A DNA stretch of 64,000 bases from an uncultured delta proteobacterium (GCA_963716725.1 CAVQUB010000005.1:416001-480000); one strand, 5' to 3'; shown: positions 52,782-62,974, numbered from the stretch's first letter. The notes: a model not told the origin generated them from the letters alone. Program-made: numbers and translations.

Positions 52782-53561
52782 TCAGCGAACGCCTTCGTCT
52801 TGCTGCTGCGCGTGGTCCAGCACCAAGGCCGAGATCGCGGAGCGGATCTCGTCGGCGCCGCCCACGCGATCGAGGCTGAACTCGAACTGTCCGGCCTGCC
52901 AGTCCAGGATGGCGAGCAGTCCGTCCCGAGACGACAGCGCCGGGCCGTCGCCCTCCATCTCGACGCGAAGCGCGCGGCCCTCCCGCATGAACACCCGCGC
53001 GACGCGGTCGCTGACCACCAGCAAGATCCCGGTCTTGCGTTCTACCGCGAGAAACGACAGAAGCGAGGCTGCCGACACGTTGTCGAGATCGCCGCGCAGT
53101 GTCCCCGCCGTGTCACTCTCCTCCGCCTGCCGCCGTCGCCGCACGACTCGATGCACCCGCATCAGCAGCTCATCGGGGTGGAATGGCTTGGGAATGTAAG
53201 CGTCTACGCCGAGCTGGTAGCCCTTCAATCGCTCCTCGTCGCCGTTGAGCGAGGTCAAGAACACGACGGGCACGCCCCCTAGGTTCGGGCGGGCGCGGAT
53301 CATACGCAGGAGCTGCCAGCCGTCCATGCGCGGCATGTTCACGTCTGTCAGGACCACGTCCGGCGGATCGCTGACGCACATCGACAGCGCTTCGAGTCCG
53401 TCCGAGACCGTCCGGACGCGATCCCCGCGCCGCAAGAAGGGCTCCGCGGAGTACTCGCGCCAGCGCGGATCGTCATCGACGACCAGCACGTCCAGGACCT
53501 CTGGAGCACGCACCGACGCCGGAATGCTCTGCCGGGGGCGAGGGCCGGGTTCGTTGGGCAT
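52782..53561 (-). CDS. response regulator with DUF4388/PATAN domain
   Basis: REC 'VLVVDDD..DVNMPRMDG..KPF'; 'LRGDL..SLLSFLAVERKTGIL..ILDWQAGQFEF'. Confidence 0.9.
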   Translation of the reverse strand: MPNEPGPRPRQSIPASVRAPEVLDVLVVDDDPRWREYSAEPFLRRGDRVRTVSDGLEALSMCVSDPPDVVLTDVNMPRMDGWQLLRMIRARPNLGGVPVVFLTSLNGDEERLKGYQLGVDAYIPKPFHPDELLMRVHRVVRRRRQAEESDTAGTLRGDLDNVSAASLLSFLAVERKTGILLVVSDRVARVFMREGRALRVEMEGDGPALSSRDGLLAILDWQAGQFEFSLDRVGGADEIRSAISALVLDHAQQQDEGVR

Positions 53562-53605
53562 CTAAGGGTCGCCCATCTTAACCAAACTCGGGGCTGCTGC
53601 CGAAA

Positions 53606-55126
53606 TCATTGATTCGAGGTCAGGATCCTCAGCTTGAAGCCCAACTCTTGGCTGAGTGCGACCATCTCGCCGAAGACGTCGCCGTAGGCGACGGCCACGT
53701 GGTTCGACAAGAAATGCGCCATCAGATCGTCGCGGGAGACGCCGAGATCCGCTGCCATGAAGGGCCACTGACGCGTGGTGCCTTCCCACCAAGCGTCTCG
53801 CACGGCCGGCGGCAGTCGCACCACCTCACCACGGCCGACGTCCATGCACAGCTCGTTTGCTTTGAGATAGGCCCGGGCCCAGGTGATGACGCCGGGCAGG
53901 CTCTCGCCCGCGAAGGTGCCGCCCGGGACCGGGAAGTAGCCCGCGGGTTGTCGGTAGCTGTGAACGCCCGCGAGCGTGCTCGGGTCGTGATTGAAAGCGT
54001 ACGCGCCGCAGGAGCCGCTGTTGAGCAGCAGCCACAGAAAGCGGCCGTCGTGCTCGGCGCCCCAACGCAGGTCGTGGAACATGACCGCCTGGTGGAGACC
54101 CTTGGCCACCAGCAAGCGTTTCAACATTTCCATCGGCAGGGCGTTGCCCTGATCGGCCTCGGTCGCGCACGCCACGGTGTCACCGTTCGACTCCGGGCGA
54201 CAGGTCGAGTTGAAGAGACCCTCGGCGAAATCACTGGGGGGCCTGAGCGGCAAGAGGCCCAGTTGGTACTGCCAACCCAGGCAGTCGGCTTTGTATTCGG
54301 TGAGTAAGTCCAGCACCGCCAGGTAGTCGCGAAGCTGCTCGCGCGTGGCGTTTTCGTCGAAGTCGGCCGCATCGGCCTCTTTCCAATGAAAGGCCACACC
54401 TTTGTCCACGACGAAACGGAAGGCGTCGTCGATGCGGCGGGCGTCGATGCTCTTGCCGCGGTCGATGATCCACGCTTGATCGATCTTGTGTTCGGCGAAG
54501 CCGTGCTGCGCGAGCAGCCGGGGGCCGAAGTAGCCATTGATCATGCCCATGCTGGTGTCGCCCAGCATCATCAGCAGCGGGTGACGACCACGGATGTTCG
54601 CCGCCACCTCACAGGCCAGCGCCGCCGCCTCGGGGCTCACGGGAGCATGCCGGGCCAGCGCCGACTCGGAGTAGCTCACTTTGCCGGTGGTGCACCACTC
54701 GTCGAGGCGGTCCATGAACGTCGCGTCGCTGCCGAAGTCCTCGGCAGAGGACCAGATCCGGGAGTGCGGCCGCCCCATCGTCTCGAGACACGCTCCGGTG
54801 TTCAGGAGACCCACCAAACCAGGCCACTGGCCACTGAAATTGGAGGCCAGGAGCAGGGGGTTGTCTTTGCCCACGACGCCGTCGCAGGTGTGCGGCCCGT
54901 ACACCCAGTGCACGAACACGCCGATCATCGGATCGGAGATAGGTCCGAGCCTCTCGATGGACTCGTGCGGCTTGGTCAGAAATCCCGGCACTCGATAGGG
55001 CGCGCGTCCGAGCTTCTTCAGCGCGGACTCGAGCTTCTGCGTCGCCGCTTCAACGCTCGGAGCGGCCAGCTCGTTGGGGCGGGCTCGACCGTCACCCGGC
55101 CAGAAGACTGCGACCTGCTTCGCCAT
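53606..55126 (-). CDS. L-fucose/L-arabinose isomerase-like protein
   Basis: 'SNFSGQWPGLVGLLN', 'GDTSMGMIN', 'GWQYQLGL', 'EADQG', 'HDLRWG', C-terminal 'SNHVAVAY'. Confidence 0.7.
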   Translation of the reverse strand: MAKQVAVFWPGDGRARPNELAAPSVEAATQKLESALKKLGRAPYRVPGFLTKPHESIERLGPISDPMIGVFVHWVYGPHTCDGVVGKDNPLLLASNFSGQWPGLVGLLNTGACLETMGRPHSRIWSSAEDFGSDATFMDRLDEWCTTGKVSYSESALARHAPVSPEAAALACEVAANIRGRHPLLMMLGDTSMGMINGYFGPRLLAQHGFAEHKIDQAWIIDRGKSIDARRIDDAFRFVVDKGVAFHWKEADAADFDENATREQLRDYLAVLDLLTEYKADCLGWQYQLGLLPLRPPSDFAEGLFNSTCRPESNGDTVACATEADQGNALPMEMLKRLLVAKGLHQAVMFHDLRWGAEHDGRFLWLLLNSGSCGAYAFNHDPSTLAGVHSYRQPAGYFPVPGGTFAGESLPGVITWARAYLKANELCMDVGRGEVVRLPPAVRDAWWEGTTRQWPFMAADLGVSRDDLMAHFLSNHVAVAYGDVFGEMVALSQELGFKLRILTSNQ

Positions 55127-55141
55127 GCCCCGATCTGTAGC

Positions 55142-56209
55142 TCACTTGGGCGGAGGTGGAATCACCACCGCCTTGGTGGTCACGCCCGCACCGCTGAAGT
55201 CCGCGTTGGGGAAGGCAGTGAGCAGGCAGGCGGTCCCGTCCGAGGTGTCGATTTCGACCAGGTTCCCCTTGCGAGAGAAGCCGTAGACCTTGTCGGCCCA
55301 GGTCGTGATCCCGTACATGCTGCCGTAGGCCGTGTTGGCGGCGTCGGCGCAGCTCGGGTGCTTGACGATCTGCCCGCGCACGGCCTTGGTCACTGGCAAG
55401 ATCGACGCCTTGGCCAGCTTGATGACGTCGATCTCGATCAGCGTATCGGTGGTGTTGCAGTTGCTGGTCGCCGGCGGATTCGGGCAATCGCGTACGGTGG
55501 CGAAGCCGATGGGGTTGCCGTCGTTTTCCACGAAGACGATGTCGCCGGACAGCTCCCAGGCCTTGTTCTGGTGATTGCTCGGATAGACGTGACCGTTGCC
55601 GTCGCTCACCGGCACGTTGCCGAACACTCCGCGCTGGGACAAGCCGCCGTTTTGGTCGATGGCCCACAGTTCACCGGCGGTGTTCCCGGCCACCAGCACC
55701 TCTTCCGTCGCGGAGATCACGCCGACGGGTGCGAAGGTGAGGGCGTAGAACTTCACGTCCAGGGTGGCGCTCAGGGTGATGGATTTGGCGCAGTGCACCA
55801 CCTGGGTCGAGACGTCGAGCTGGTGAACCTGAGTGTGGCTGATGCCCCAGAGCTTGCCGTCTTTGTCCACCGCCACGTCGGTCATCGCCGGATCTTGTCC
55901 GCTCGCGCCCACGCAGTCGAAGTCGCCCAGCTGTTCGAGAGCGGGGGTCGCCGCGGTCGGATCGATGCGGAACAAGGTCGTGTCCGTGTGCACGTAGACG
56001 ATCGACGGGCTGCCTGCGGAACCGTCCCCGCCCGAGTCGATGACCAGCCCACCTGAGCCCCCGCCCGAGCCTCCGCCCGAGCCTCCGCCCGAGCCCCCGC
56101 TGCCCGCGTCCGGCCCCACACCCCCGCCCCCGCCTTCGCCTGCGGCGCAAGCTGCGAGCAACACTCCGAGCGCGAACGACGGCGAGAGCAGGGAAAACCA
56201 ACGACGCAT
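55142..56209 (-). CDS. Gly-rich lipoprotein with probable beta-propeller
   Basis: Lipobox LAAC; GGGS x3 linker; 'MTDVAVDKDGKLWGIS', ending 'FSGAGVTTKA'. Confidence 0.8.
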   Translation of the reverse strand: MRRWFSLLSPSFALGVLLAACAAGEGGGGGVGPDAGSGGSGGGSGGGSGGGSGGLVIDSGGDGSAGSPSIVYVHTDTTLFRIDPTAATPALEQLGDFDCVGASGQDPAMTDVAVDKDGKLWGISHTQVHQLDVSTQVVHCAKSITLSATLDVKFYALTFAPVGVISATEEVLVAGNTAGELWAIDQNGGLSQRGVFGNVPVSDGNGHVYPSNHQNKAWELSGDIVFVENDGNPIGFATVRDCPNPPATSNCNTTDTLIEIDVIKLAKASILPVTKAVRGQIVKHPSCADAANTAYGSMYGITTWADKVYGFSRKGNLVEIDTSDGTACLLTAFPNADFSGAGVTTKAVVIPPPPK

Positions 56210-56253
56210 GCCGCGAACCCTGGCAGCGAGCCGGCCGCGGTGCAAGGCGACTG

Positions 56254-57931
56254 TCAGCCCTCGTAGACTTCGTCTTGCTCGATGCGTGAGAGCACCCAGT
56301 CGAACTGGCCGGAGGTGAGCTTGACCTGGCAGTGCCCGCATTGGCCGGCTGCGTTGATGGCCAGGGGCGCGCCGCAACTTGGGCACGCCGCGTCAGTGCG
56401 GGCCGGGCCCTTGGCGCCGCTGGCCCGGATCAACGTCCAGTACTCGGTGTACTCGCGGTCCCGGTTGCGATCGCCGCCCACCACGACGCCGTCGGCGTCA
56501 CGGATGGTGTAGTCGCGCCCGGCCGCAAACAAGCGCACCGTGATCGCATCGAACCAGCGGTCACTGGTCAAGCGTGCGAACTCGAGCCGCCCGATGCGTG
56601 GGTTGTCCATCATGTTGCGCAGGCCGGACTTGCGGTAGGCGTCGATCCAGTAGGTCTGCGCCGTCCACAGGTTGTCGCTGAGGTAGGGCCGGGCTTGATC
56701 CCAGGCCAGTGACGACCACGCGACCTGCATGGTCTGGAACACGAGGCCGACCCGGGCCAAGAACGCGTTCTGATCGAAGCTGGGGTCGCGCTGTTGGAGT
56801 GCCGAGAGCGCGGCCGAGAGCCCCGCGTCGATGTGCGTCGGCAGATCGCTGCCTTGCTCTTCGGTCGTGCCCGTGAGCATGGGCGGTCGCGCTTCGCGCT
56901 CGAGCACCGAGATGTTGCTGACCACCCAGTCGAAGGCGCCCGTGTCCACCACCGCCTGGCAATAGCCGCAGGTCGAGCCCACGACGCGATCGAGGGGGCC
57001 GCCGCAGTTGGGACAGGAAAACACGCGCACCCGATCGGGAGGGCGGCTCTTGGCCTCGGCCTTTCGGGTCAGCACCCACGACTCGCGCAGCCACGAGCTC
57101 TGGGGCGCAGCCCCCGACGGCGTTTCGGTGAAGTTCGCCTCGAACTCGATCACGACCCGAGCCCCGTTCGCGCCCACCTGCACCGAGTCGTAGCGCATCG
57201 AACCGACCACGACGGTCGTGACCGGGATCTGCCCCAGTGCGGCCAGGGGCCTGCGCGCGCTCTCTTGCAGATAGGGCGCCAGAGTGTCCAGCTTGCCCGC
57301 GCCCCGTGCGGTGTGGGCTTCCGCGTACAGCGCGTACGCAAAGTCCTCGAAGCTCACGATGGAGAAATCCGGGTCGTTCGCCTTCAGAGCCTCGAGCTTC
57401 GAGCGTGCCGAGTCGACCGTCCGCGGGGGCGGCGGAGCTGGCAGTGCTCCAGCCCTTGGGCTTCCGCAGCCAACGCAGGAAGAGCACCCCTCCGAGACCG
57501 AACATGGCGGTGGCTATCACGCCAACAAAGCCCAGGAAGCTGAGGGCCACGATGCTGGCTTCGCGCTCGTTGTTGCCACGGATGCGGGTCGCCGCCGGTC
57601 GGGGTGGGACGCCGCCGTAGACCGACGGCGCACCGAGCGTCCAAGACGTGGCGCGCTCTTTCCCGCTGCCCACCCGGTACGTGTAGACCGGCTGCGCCGG
57701 CGCGCTAGGAGTCGAGCTGCCGCTCTTGGTCGAGGAGCCCGAGCTGGAGCTGCTGCGTGACGAGCTCGAGGAGGAGCGCGAGGACGAGGACGAGGACGAG
57801 GAAGACGAGCGCGATGACGAGGACGAGCTGCTCTTGAAGGTGCTGCCTCCTCCCGGCCGCGCCTCGGAGGAGCCCGAGGAGCTGCCGAGCACGAGCAAGA
57901 CGACCGCGGCACACACCGGGGCGCGCATCAC
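56254..57931 (-). CDS. Tim44-like domain protein with two zinc ribbons and Ser-rich N-terminus (frameshift near 57420)
   Basis: Signal peptide, 'ARPGGGSTF' + poly-Ser, TM helix; 'DPDFS'/'DPSFDQNAFL', 'EYWTLIR', CPNC..CGYC and CPSC..CGHC, 'FDWV'. Confidence 0.8.
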
Positions 57932-58554
57932 GACACCATCCCGTCGGGCAGCTCGTTCACGTCGTCGTCGGCGCGTGGCAGCTCCCGAGCCAAGGGGGCG
58001 GCCATCTGCAGCAGCCCCTGCTCGAGCTGCCGTATACCGTCACCCCGAATCGCCGCCGTCACCTCGACCACGGCCTTGCCAAACTCAACGCCGAGCTTCT
58101 TGGCGTCGACACCCACATCGGGCACCACCTCGACCATGCGCTCGAAGAGCGACACGTAGATCAAGATGCCGGTGCGGGCCGAGGTCCCGTCGATGCGCTG
58201 CTCGTGGAAGGCCGTCAGCGCCGCGCGGCGCACATTGTCGCGGAGCGTGCTGCCTCTGACGAACCTGCGCCGGAGGGCGGGCACCTGCGCGCAGAAGAAC
58301 GCCGCGCATGCGTAGAGCACGAGCAGGGCCGGGGGAACGGCGTCGTCGGCGAACTCGGCGGGGTGGTACACGTAGACGAAGAGGCCGAGCCCGGCGACGA
58401 GGGAAGCGAAGCTCAGATCGGCGGCCCGATAGTGCCCGGAGCTCTGCCGGACCGTGACCACCAGCTCCGCGGAGGTCTGCGCCTCGAGCGCGACCACGGC
58501 GCGCTCCACGCGCGTCTTCGCATCGTTACCCAACCAGTCGTGGTCGCCCGCCAT
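57928..58554 (-). CDS. TPM domain membrane protein
   Basis: 'ALEAQTSAELVV', 'RTGILIYVSLFERMVEVVPDVG', 'DDDVNELPD'. Confidence 0.88.
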   Translation of the reverse strand: MAGDHDWLGNDAKTRVERAVVALEAQTSAELVVTVRQSSGHYRAADLSFASLVAGLGLFVYVYHPAEFADDAVPPALLVLYACAAFFCAQVPALRRRFVRGSTLRDNVRRAALTAFHEQRIDGTSARTGILIYVSLFERMVEVVPDVGVDAKKLGVEFGKAVVEVTAAIRGDGIRQLEQGLLQMAAPLARELPRADDDVNELPDGMVS

Positions 58555-59285
58555 CAGCTCGGCCCTCCCTCGACTTTGACGTTGGGCATGTGTTGCTTGA
58601 AGCCGGCGGTCAGCGCCTTCTGCAGGTTCCACTGCAAATCGAACTCGACCTCGAAGGCGGTGGCGCCGTCGAGCTTCTCGTCGCTCTCAGCTTGTACGCG
58701 AAAGCCTCCTACGCGGCGCTTGTTCGCCAGATCGAAGGCGAGCACCTCGGCGTCGACGAATCCTCCGTCGAACTCCGGGCGCACCGCCCCGCTCCGACCC
58801 ACCGACGGGCGAGCGAACCCGCGAGTGCGGATCACGAACACGAAGTCGAGCTTCTCGCACAGGTCGAAGTACTTCGTGCCCGAGTACCCGGTCCCGGACG
58901 CCGGTGCCGCCTCGGGATGCCGCGGGTCCCACGGCTGCCGCTCGGTGTGCACCAAGGCCGAGCAGGTGTTGACGACGTCGCTGCCGGCGACGCGTGCGTA
59001 CACCAAGCCGAGCTCGTCGAGCTCCCTCAGATCCTCCACGTAGAGCAGCGCTGCGTTGGCGGCGCCCGGTGTGCCGGACTTCATGTAGATGGTGGCTCGG
59101 AGATCCACCGGCTCGTCCTTGTCGAGCAGCGGCGTCTTCGCGGTCTCTTCGGCCAAGCCCCGCACCAGGGCGAGCTTCTGCTCGACGCCTGGACCCCGTT
59201 CCTTCACGACCTCGTCGATGTACGGCCCGCAGCCGGCCGTCATCGCGCACCCTCCCCACAAAAGCAGAGTTTGGAGTCTCGTCAC
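58554..59285 (-). CDS. hypothetical lipoprotein
   Basis: GTG start overlapping the upstream stop; TAGC lipobox-like; coding-like composition. Confidence 0.65.
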   Translation of the reverse strand: MTRLQTLLLWGGCAMTAGCGPYIDEVVKERGPGVEQKLALVRGLAEETAKTPLLDKDEPVDLRATIYMKSGTPGAANAALLYVEDLRELDELGLVYARVAGSDVVNTCSALVHTERQPWDPRHPEAAPASGTGYSGTKYFDLCEKLDFVFVIRTRGFARPSVGRSGAVRPEFDGGFVDAEVLAFDLANKRRVGGFRVQAESDEKLDGATAFEVEFDLQWNLQKALTAGFKQHMPNVKVEGGPS

Positions 59286-60268
59286 GGAATGGCCTCGCCT
59301 CCGGTTCTTGCGTTGTCTTTGGTGAAGGCACGGGTTCCCAGCACTTGCTTCTTGGGCACGCTCTTGCCGCCGAGTAGCTGGAGCGCCGAGTCGATGGCCT
59401 CGGTGCCGCCGGTCGGATAGAGAAACGTTGCGTCGAGGAGGCCCTGCTTCACGTATTCGACGCCTTCGTGGGGGAGGGCGTCGATGCCGATCAGCTTCAT
59501 CTCCTTTTCGCGGTTCGCCGCCTTGGCTGCCAGGTACGCGCCGTGGGCGCCGGGATCGTTGTGGGCGTAGACCAGATCGATCTTCTTTTGGGTGGTGAGC
59601 GCCGACTCCATCTCTTTGCGGGCGTTCGGCTCGAGCCACTGCATGTCGGCCTCGAAGACCAGCTTCAGGTCCGGGTTCTTGTCGAGATCGAGCCCTTCGC
59701 GAAAGCCTTTGTTCCGGTCCTGCCCCGGGGTGCTGGTCATCAGCCCCTTGAGCTCCACGATCAGGCCCTTGCCGCCCAGGGCCTTCACTGCCCACTTGCC
59801 CGCTTCACGCCCGATCTTGAGGTTGTCGGCGCCGATGAAGGTCGTGTAGGCGTCGCCTTGAACCGCCCGGTCGAGCACGATCACGTGGATCTTCTGGTTG
59901 TAGGCCTCGGCCACGGGCTGAGTGAGCGGCGCCGCCTCCTTCGGGCTGATGATCAAGAGATCGATCTTCTGCGCGACGAGCTCTTCGACCTGGGCCCGCT
60001 GCCGGAGCGAGTCGTTCTGCGCGTCTTTGAACACGACCTTCAGGTTTGGGTGTTTCTCCGCCGCCTTCTTCACGTCCTCGTTCATCTGCACGCGCCAGGG
60101 CTCGCCCAGGTTGCACTGGCTCATGCCGATCAGCCACGGGCTCTCGGCGGTCCCACGCTTCGAAGCGGCGCTCGCGGCTGGTCCCGCGTCGCTCCTTGCC
60201 GGCTCTTTGCACGACGCCGCCACGAGTACGGCGGAAAGCGCGATGGCTGCCCTCGAGACTGCCGACAT
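59282..60268 (-). CDS. sugar ABC transporter substrate-binding lipoprotein (RbsB-like)
   Basis: Lipobox AASC; 'IGMSQCNLGEPWRVQMN', 'DLLIISPKE', 'FIGADN', 'VYAHNDP', 'IGIDAL'. Confidence 0.92.
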   Translation of the reverse strand: MSAVSRAAIALSAVLVAASCKEPARSDAGPAASAASKRGTAESPWLIGMSQCNLGEPWRVQMNEDVKKAAEKHPNLKVVFKDAQNDSLRQRAQVEELVAQKIDLLIISPKEAAPLTQPVAEAYNQKIHVIVLDRAVQGDAYTTFIGADNLKIGREAGKWAVKALGGKGLIVELKGLMTSTPGQDRNKGFREGLDLDKNPDLKLVFEADMQWLEPNARKEMESALTTQKKIDLVYAHNDPGAHGAYLAAKAANREKEMKLIGIDALPHEGVEYVKQGLLDATFLYPTGGTEAIDSALQLLGGKSVPKKQVLGTRAFTKDNARTGGEAIP

Positions 60269-60311
60269 GAAGGCGGACGCTAGCACGCAGCGATTCTGGT
60301 AGGATCTCGGG

Positions 60312-61784
60312 ATGTACCGCGTCCTCGCGCTCCTTTTCGTAGCTGGCGGGTTCACTGCATGTGGGGGCTCCGACGAGAGCAAATCGAGCGCTGGCGGAGG
60401 GACGGGCGGCACCGTCGCGACCGGCGGCACCGTCGCGACCGGCGGTTCCGGTGGGTCGGGGACGGGCGGCAGCTCGGGGGTTGGCGGAGACGCGGGCACC
60501 GACGCGGGGTGCACGCCCGCGAGTTGTGCCGCGCCCGGACACGCCTGCGTCGCCGGTGCTTGCGTCGAGGACTGCCGCGCCCCCGGCGCGAACGCTTGCG
60601 ATACGGGCAAGGTGTGTCACGTCGGGAGCGACAACCCAGGCAAGTGCGTGGCGACCGGCAGCGCCTGCGTGATCAGTTCTGTTCCGGCCGCATGCTCGGG
60701 GCCGAACGGGACCGTGACCTGCGGGCCGGGAACCCGTTGTGACGGCGAAGGCGTGTGTTATCCGGCGCTGCCCTGCGCGTCGATGCAATGCCAAGGCGGC
60801 GTCTGTCACGGCACCGAGTGCGAGTGCACGAGGCCCGCGCCAACCTGCACGCCCGCGCCTCTGGGCAAGCCGGGCGACGCCGGCACGCTCAACGACTTCA
60901 AGTTCTCGCGCTGCGGTTCGGTCTCGAGCTGCGACGGTGGCATCTTCGATCTCGACTTCGACCAGAAGTGCAACGCCTACGGCGTGACCATGATCTCGGG
61001 TACCGATTACTTGAGGAAGATCGCGCCCTCGGGGACGGTCACCGAGAATGCCGGCGTCACGAACCTCAACATGGGCGAGGTCGCTGCCATCCAGGGCAAG
61101 GGTGGCCTCTTCGGCGGCGGCCTCCAAGACGTGGCGCTGACCTACATCTGCTGCGCGACCTGCGGCTGCGTGCTCTCGGGATCCGGCGGCAACCCTCAGG
61201 GCGTCGCGTCGGTCGACACTTCGAACGGCTCGCTGCCGATGAAGATCCCGACCGTCAACTTCAGCTCTGGCGCGGGGCCCTTCGGCGATTCCCAGATCGA
61301 CACCGGGCCCTACGGCCTGACCTGGGGCCTCGATCAGGTGCTTTACGTGGGCAATGTCGACGCCAACGGCGACTACCACGCGCTGGACCTGAGCACGCAG
61401 ACCAAGAAGGTGGTCGCGACCTTTGCGAAGCGCGTGATCGCCAGCGCACCCTTCGACACGACGCGCATGATGGTGGGCCTCGAGGGTGGAGAGGTCCAGC
61501 TCGTCCCCGTGCTTGGCAAGACCGGCACGCCGAAGACGTTGATCAAGCTCGCGACCCACATGACCAGCCTGGTCCGCGATCCCTGGAGTGGCCGGATCTA
61601 CACCGAGCTCAGCGACAAGAGCATCGTGTCCTTCGCCGAAGACGGATCGGATCTGAAGCCTTTTCAGACCGCGCCTGCCCTCGGGCGGATCGCCATCGCG
61701 CCCGACGGACACGTCTATCACTTGACCCTCGGTTGGCCGACCAAGGCCGAGATCGTGCGCTGGCCGCTGCCGACCACGCTGTGA
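60312..61784 (+). CDS. Cys-rich lipoprotein with C-terminal beta-propeller-like domain
   Basis: Lipobox FTAC; GGTVAT x2 Gly linker; Cys-rich EGF-like region; 'GPYGLTWG..LYVG', 'IAIAPDGHVY'. Confidence 0.8.
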   Translation: MYRVLALLFVAGGFTACGGSDESKSSAGGGTGGTVATGGTVATGGSGGSGTGGSSGVGGDAGTDAGCTPASCAAPGHACVAGACVEDCRAPGANACDTGKVCHVGSDNPGKCVATGSACVISSVPAACSGPNGTVTCGPGTRCDGEGVCYPALPCASMQCQGGVCHGTECECTRPAPTCTPAPLGKPGDAGTLNDFKFSRCGSVSSCDGGIFDLDFDQKCNAYGVTMISGTDYLRKIAPSGTVTENAGVTNLNMGEVAAIQGKGGLFGGGLQDVALTYICCATCGCVLSGSGGNPQGVASVDTSNGSLPMKIPTVNFSSGAGPFGDSQIDTGPYGLTWGLDQVLYVGNVDANGDYHALDLSTQTKKVVATFAKRVIASAPFDTTRMMVGLEGGEVQLVPVLGKTGTPKTLIKLATHMTSLVRDPWSGRIYTELSDKSIVSFAEDGSDLKPFQTAPALGRIAIAPDGHVYHLTLGWPTKAEIVRWPLPTTL

Positions 61785-61849
61785 TCACCGCGCAGGCCGC
61801 GCGCTGCCACCCGGATCGGCGAGCGCACCCGTGCTACGCTCGCGGCGCG

Positions 61850-62419
61850 ATGGTGCTGCCCGCTCCGCTCCACAACTACTCCTACGCGGACTACACCGCT
61901 TTGGAAGAGCGCAGCCCGGTGCGGCACGAGTTCGTCTCCGGGGAAATCTACGCCATGGCCGGCGGCACACCGGAACACGCGGCGCTCGGAGCAGCGGTGC
62001 TCCGCCACCTGGGAAACCAGCTGCCGGCGGGCTGTCGCGCGTACACGTCCGACCTGCGCGTTCGCGTCGCCGCCAGCGACGTCACGACCTACCCGGATGG
62101 CGCGGTGGTTTGCGGGAAGACCATTCGCGCGGCCGACGATGCGATGGCGGTGACGAACCCCGTCGTGTTGATCGAGGTCACGAGCCCGTCGACCGAGGCC
62201 TACGACCAGGGCGCGAAACTGGAGTTCTACAAAACCCTCCCCAGTGTTCGAGAGGTCTTGATTCTGTCTCACCACGGTCCGCGCGCGACCTTGCACCGCC
62301 GGGGTCAGGATGGGGCGTGGACCGTCCACGAAGCGGTACAGGGCGGGGTCATCGAGGTCCAGTCCGTGGGCGCGTCGCTCGCGATGGACGAGGTCTACCG
62401 GGACTTCGCAGCGGATTGA
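61850..62419 (+). CDS. Uma2 family (DUF820) endonuclease-like protein
   Basis: 'RHEFVSGEIYAMAGGTPEH', 'YPDGAVVCG', 'NPVVLIEVTSPSTEAYDQGAK'. Confidence 0.93.
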   Translation: MVLPAPLHNYSYADYTALEERSPVRHEFVSGEIYAMAGGTPEHAALGAAVLRHLGNQLPAGCRAYTSDLRVRVAASDVTTYPDGAVVCGKTIRAADDAMAVTNPVVLIEVTSPSTEAYDQGAKLEFYKTLPSVREVLILSHHGPRATLHRRGQDGAWTVHEAVQGGVIEVQSVGASLAMDEVYRDFAAD

Positions 62420-62799
62420 GGCCGCGCGACCACCAGCACGTTCCCGTCGGGATCGGCGAAGTACGCGGCTTCGTCCCCCCAGGGGCGCGGCGCCAGGGCG
62501 GACAACTCGCGCGCACCCGCGCGCTTCAGTCGGTCCACGCAGGCCGGCACGTCGTCCGCGTAGAAGTACAGCTCCGTGGCCGCGAGCCGCCCCGCGGCGA
62601 CCAGCTCGGGCACCTGCCCCGTGTTGTGTCCGAAGGCGTTGCGCTCGTAGAGCCCGAGGCGCATGCCGCCGGGCAGCTCGTGCTCGACGTACACCGGCAC
62701 CTGCACGCTGCGCGGCCAGCCGAAGGCCTCGGCGTAGAAGCGCTTGGACCGCTCGAGATCGCTGACGGCGAGGATGGTGAGCACGTGGCGCGCGGTCAT
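62395..62799 (-). CDS. VOC/glyoxalase family protein
   Basis: 'ILAVSDLERSKRFY', 'PRPWGDEAAYFADPDGNVL'. Confidence 0.9.
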   Translation of the reverse strand: MTARHVLTILAVSDLERSKRFYAEAFGWPRSVQVPVYVEHELPGGMRLGLYERNAFGHNTGQVPELVAAGRLAATELYFYADDVPACVDRLKRAGARELSALAPRPWGDEAAYFADPDGNVLVVARPQSAAKSR

Positions 62800-62974
62800 G
62801 GCGCTGGCATAGCCCGAGCGGCGGCGCGGGTGAAGAGGCGCGCCCGGGCCCCGACACGTTGACCTGTTGGACTCGCGGCCGGATGCGGCTGCTCGTCCAC
62901 GGGGCCTTCGCGCTGCTCGCGCTGATCCAGTTGAGCGCCGGCTGCGGGACAGCGGGACCTTCACCCACCACCTT

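Noticed and set aside
56053..56100. 12-bp repeat (and the 18-bp repeat near 60405-60445) as regulatory or mobile repeats
   Set aside because: They encode ordinary Gly-rich lipoprotein linkers (GGGS, GGTVAT)
57726..58259. Acidic + strand ORF (ELEEEREDEDE...)
   Set aside because: Antisense shadow of the poly-Ser tract of the Tim44-like gene
61850..62419. Uma2 nuclease as a defence system or mobile element
   Set aside because: Solitary member of a family that is highly multicopy in myxobacteria; no methylase, toxin partner or terminal repeats
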